From: an uncultured Gaiellaceae bacterium
GTDB taxonomy: Bacteria > Actinomycetota > Thermoleophilia > Gaiellales > Gaiellaceae
Direction: 5' to 3'
NCBI GenBank assembly: GCA_963754175.1
Contig: CAVWES010000028.1
Location: forward strand, 18,701 to 82,700
DNA length: 64,000 bases
The position numbers and the translations under genes are program-made. The notes beneath the pieces were generated by a model. The model was not told where the DNA came from and searched no databases. It saw only the letters and a program-made list of their open reading frames with translations. Numbering within the stretch: position 1 is the first letter of the stretch; every line of letters starts with the position of its first letter. Below, piece after piece: positions 61,210 to 64,000 of this stretch.

Positions 61210-61640
61210 TCATCCTACCGCCTGCCCGCGGGAGCTGCGCAATGACGGCGTGCACGACGTCCTCGGGGAACCCCTTTCCCGCGAGGTAGCGGGCCGTCTT
61301 CGCGGCGCGCCACGGCGCGCGACGATCCGCTCGGCCCGGTCACGCTCGCTCTCGAGCGCCTCGAGCGCAGCGTCCACGACGGCCGTCTCGACCTCCGCCT
61401 CCCTCAGGTCGTGTCGGATGAGCGCATCTCCCGCGCCGCGTTCGGCGAGCACCGTGGCACGCGCCGGCCGCGAAGCGGCGGTCGTCGACGAGCCCCGTCC
61501 GCATCAGCGTCGCGAGCGCCTCTCGACGCTCGCTCTTCGACGAACCCGCGTCCCTCGAGGTAGGCGTCGATCTGTGCGGCGCTCCGGTCGCGATGACGCA
61601 GCCAGCCGAGCGCCGCCTCGACGGCGTCGCTCGGCCACCC
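61210..61640 (-). CDS. recX: Recombination regulator RecX (several frame switches; both ends approximate)
   Basis: Pieces across frames: ...[28 protein letters not shown]...; ...[20 protein letters not shown]...; ...[32 protein letters not shown]...; ...[19 protein letters not shown]. It lies directly downstream of recA. Confidence 0.65.
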
Positions 61641-61652
61641 CCGTGCGGCGGC

Positions 61653-62749
61653 TCAGCTCTCGACGGGAACCGCCTCTTCGACCTCCACCTCGACCTCGCA
61701 CCACGTCCTCGGCGGACACGGCTTCGGCAGGCGCCTGCGACGGGAGCAGTCGCGCGGAGATGACCTGGTCGTCCGGCGCCTCGGCCTGGATGCGGCGCGA
61801 GGATCTGCTGGACGAGATCCGGGTTCTCGGAGAGGAAGCTCGTCGCGTTCTGCCGGCCCTGGCCGAGCCGCTCGTCGCCGAAGCTGAAGTACGACCCCGC
61901 CTTCTGGACGACCTTCTTCTCGAGCGCGACGTCGAGGACCGTCCCCTCCCAGGGGATGCCGCCGCCGTAGATGATGTCGAACTCGGCCTGCTTGAACGGA
62001 GGGGCGACCTTGTTCTTCGCGACCTTGACGCGCACGCGGTTCCCGAACGCCTCCGCGCCGTCCTTGAGCGTCTCGATCCTGCGGATGTCGAGGCGCACCG
62101 ACGCGTAGAACTTCAGCGCACGTCCGCCCGGAGTCGTCTCCGGGTTGCCGAACATGACGCCGATCTTCTCGCGCAGCTGGTTCGTGAAGATGCAGATCGT
62201 GTCCGTGCGGTTGAGCGTGCCCGCGAGCTTGCGGAGCGCCTGGCTCATCAGACGGGCCTGCAGCCCGACGTGGGAGTCGCCCATCTCGCCCTCGATCTCC
62301 GCCTTCGGCACGAGCGCCGCGACCGAGTCGACCGCGACGATGTCGAGCGCCCCGGAGCGGATGAGGAGCTCCGTGATCTCGAGCGCCTGCTCGCCCGTGT
62401 CGGGCTGGGAGACGAGCAGCTGGTCGATGTCGACGCCGATCCGGCGGGCGTACTGCGGATCCATCGCGTGCTCGGCGTCGATGAAGGCGCAGATGCCGCC
62501 GCGCCGCTGCGCCTCCGCCATCACGTGGTAGACGAGCGTCGTCTTGCCCGAGGCCTCGGGGCCGAAGATCTCGACGATCCGGCCACGGGGCAGCCCGCCG
62601 ATGCCGAGCGCCATGTCGAGAGCGAGCGAGCCGGTGGAGATCGCGCCGACGGAGACCTGCGGGCGATCGCTCATGCGCATGACCGAGCCCTTCCCGAACT
62701 GTCGCTCGATCTGGCCCAGTGCGACATCGAGCGCTTCCTCGCGTTTCAT
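61653..62749 (-). CDS. recA: Recombinase RecA (2 frame switches in the C-terminal tail)
   Basis: ORF 61340..62749: ...[21 protein letters not shown]...[16 protein letters not shown]...[11 protein letters not shown]...[10 protein letters not shown]... The acidic tail ...[14 protein letters not shown] ends at TGA 61653-61655. Confidence 0.95.
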
Positions 62750-63313
62750 CTCATCCTCCCGACTTTCGACTTGCTAGCGAACACGATTCCAGGACCTCGT
62801 ACCGCGCCCCTGACGGGTGCAGACGTGAAAGGAAAGCAGCGGCTCCGGACGGAGCGAACGGCCCGATGCTCCGGCACCGGAGGGTCGAGCCGCGGGCGCT
62901 CGCGGAAGCGCAGGACCGTGACGTGAGGCAGCCAGGCCGCGACGCTCCCGCTCGTAGACGCCGAGGCGCTCGAGACCGAGCTGCACGCGCTCGGCGAGGG
63001 ACGTCGCTCGGCCGCTCGGATCGTCGAGGACGAGCATGCCGACCGAGCGCGTCTCGCGGTAGCGCACGGGCTCCAGCAGGAACGGCTCGGTTGCAGCCGC
63101 CTCCCGGCGGAGCACGGCCACGATCCGCTCGAGCTCGCCGCGAGGCCGCGCGCCGAGGAACGCGAGGGTGACGTGGAAGCTCTCGACGGGCCGCCCGCGC
63201 GCAAGGTGCTCCTTGCCCCAGGCCACGAGGTCGACGACGACGTCCTCCGGGAGCTCGAGCGCGAGGAAGAGCCTGATCCGGTCATCGCCCTCGACGGTAC
63301 CCGGCGACGTCAC
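62746..63313 (-). CDS. thpR: RNA 2',3'-cyclic phosphodiesterase ThpR/LigT, 2H family (at least 2 frame switches)
   Basis: ...[14 protein letters not shown]...FHVTLAFLG... and ...[10 protein letters not shown]... (two HxT motifs). The tail ...[13 protein letters not shown]... ends at a TGA overlapping the recA ATG. The GTG overlaps the cinA stop. Confidence 0.75.
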
Positions 63314-64000
63314 GCCGATGTGTGCCGAGTCTCCAACAATCGACGCACGAGATGCAGCGACGCCGCGGTCGCACGCCCGCGGATCATCTCCCGATCGCCG
63401 GGCAGCTCGGTGCGCACCGTCTTCTCGCCGTCCGGGCCGACGGCATGGGCGAAGACGAGCCCGACGGGCTTCTCCTCCGAGCCCCCGCCCGGCCCGGCGA
63501 CACCGGTGACCGCGACCCCGACGTCGGCACCGAGCCGCTCCCGGGCGCCGTGCGCCATCGCCGCGGCCGCCTCCGCGGAGACCGCTCCGTGCTCGGCGAG
63601 GACCGACGCGTGGCACGCCGAGGCCGGCTTCCTTGACCGCGTTCGCGTACGCGACGACCGAGCCCAGGAAGACCTCGCTCGCGCCGGGAACGGCCGTGAG
63701 GCGCGCGGCGACCATGCCTCCCGTGCAGGACTCCGCGGTCGCGAGCGTCAGCCCACGCTCGCGGCAGAGGCCGAGGACGATCTCGGCGATCGAGCGCTCG
63801 TCCTCCCCGAAGAGGTACCGGCCGAGCGTCGCACGCAGCGAGTCGGCGACCCGAGCGCCGTCGCTCCTGCGCGCCGGGATCGACGAACAGGTCGACGTGG
63901 ATCTCGAACTCGCGGGCGCAGATCGTCACCTCGACGCCGTCGCCCTCCCCGCCCGCCGCCGCGAGCGCCTCGGCGACGGCCGACTCGGGCGTCCCGAAGA
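63310..64000 (-). CDS. cinA: CinA-family competence/damage-inducible protein (PncC-type C-terminal domain); 5' end outside the window; frame-disrupted
   Basis: ...[45 protein letters not shown]... and ORF 63310..63558 (...[27 protein letters not shown]...[20 protein letters not shown]). Confidence 0.8.

Noticed and set aside
59082-61289. A 735-aa plus-strand ORF.
   Set aside because: It is antisense to the intact RNase Y gene and the NTF2-like gene. Its composition (Leu/Arg/Asp/Glu runs) is typical of the reverse frame of a GC-rich coiled-coil gene.

Overview
High-GC (about 70%) chromosomal window of actinobacterial type. Most of it is conserved housekeeping operons, often linked by 1-4 nt stop/start overlaps. 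In order:

- A GT4 / small ORF / GH15 operon, then murA, an IGPD-like gene and ridA.
- A DHH-CBS-nucleotidyltransferase fusion and yggS-sepF-yggT-divIVA.
- DUF167, a dksA-like gene, lspA and rluD.
- rpsB-tsf-pyrH-frr-uppS-cdsA-dxr-rseP-ispG-proS.
- pgsA, an RsiG-like gene, an FHA gene, a MerR gene, apt and uppP.
- Two RpoD-family sigma genes, murT-gatD and hflX-dut-nudix.
- dapE-dapD, a dapF-like gene, miaB-miaA, rny and recX-recA-thpR-cinA.

There are two small, AT-richer accessory islets. One lies next to a tRNA-Pro(GGG) with a ghost 5' half (about 27.0-34.2 kb). The other carries an integrase remnant (about 43.3-45.5 kb). Both hold short hypothetical, membrane and secreted-repeat genes.

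The dominant technical feature is frame disruption. By my manual count about 55-60 frame switches hit at least 34 genes, including essential ones, plus one in-frame TAG in proS. I read this as consensus indel error rather than biology, so many gene ends are approximate.

I found no CRISPR array, no rRNA, no intact mobile element and no recognisable defence system. The most unusual observations are:

- a DapF homologue with both catalytic Cys replaced by Ser;
- a degenerate IGPD (HisB-like) protein wedged between murA and ridA;
- an approximately 83-nt intergenic sequence present twice, with a shorter third core;
- a single-motif RsiG-like protein coupled to FHA and MerR genes;
- the tRNA-Pro ghost half.

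A Thermoleophilia/Rubrobacteria-like lineage is only an inference, based on RNase Y occurring together with actinobacterial division and garA-ftsR synteny.
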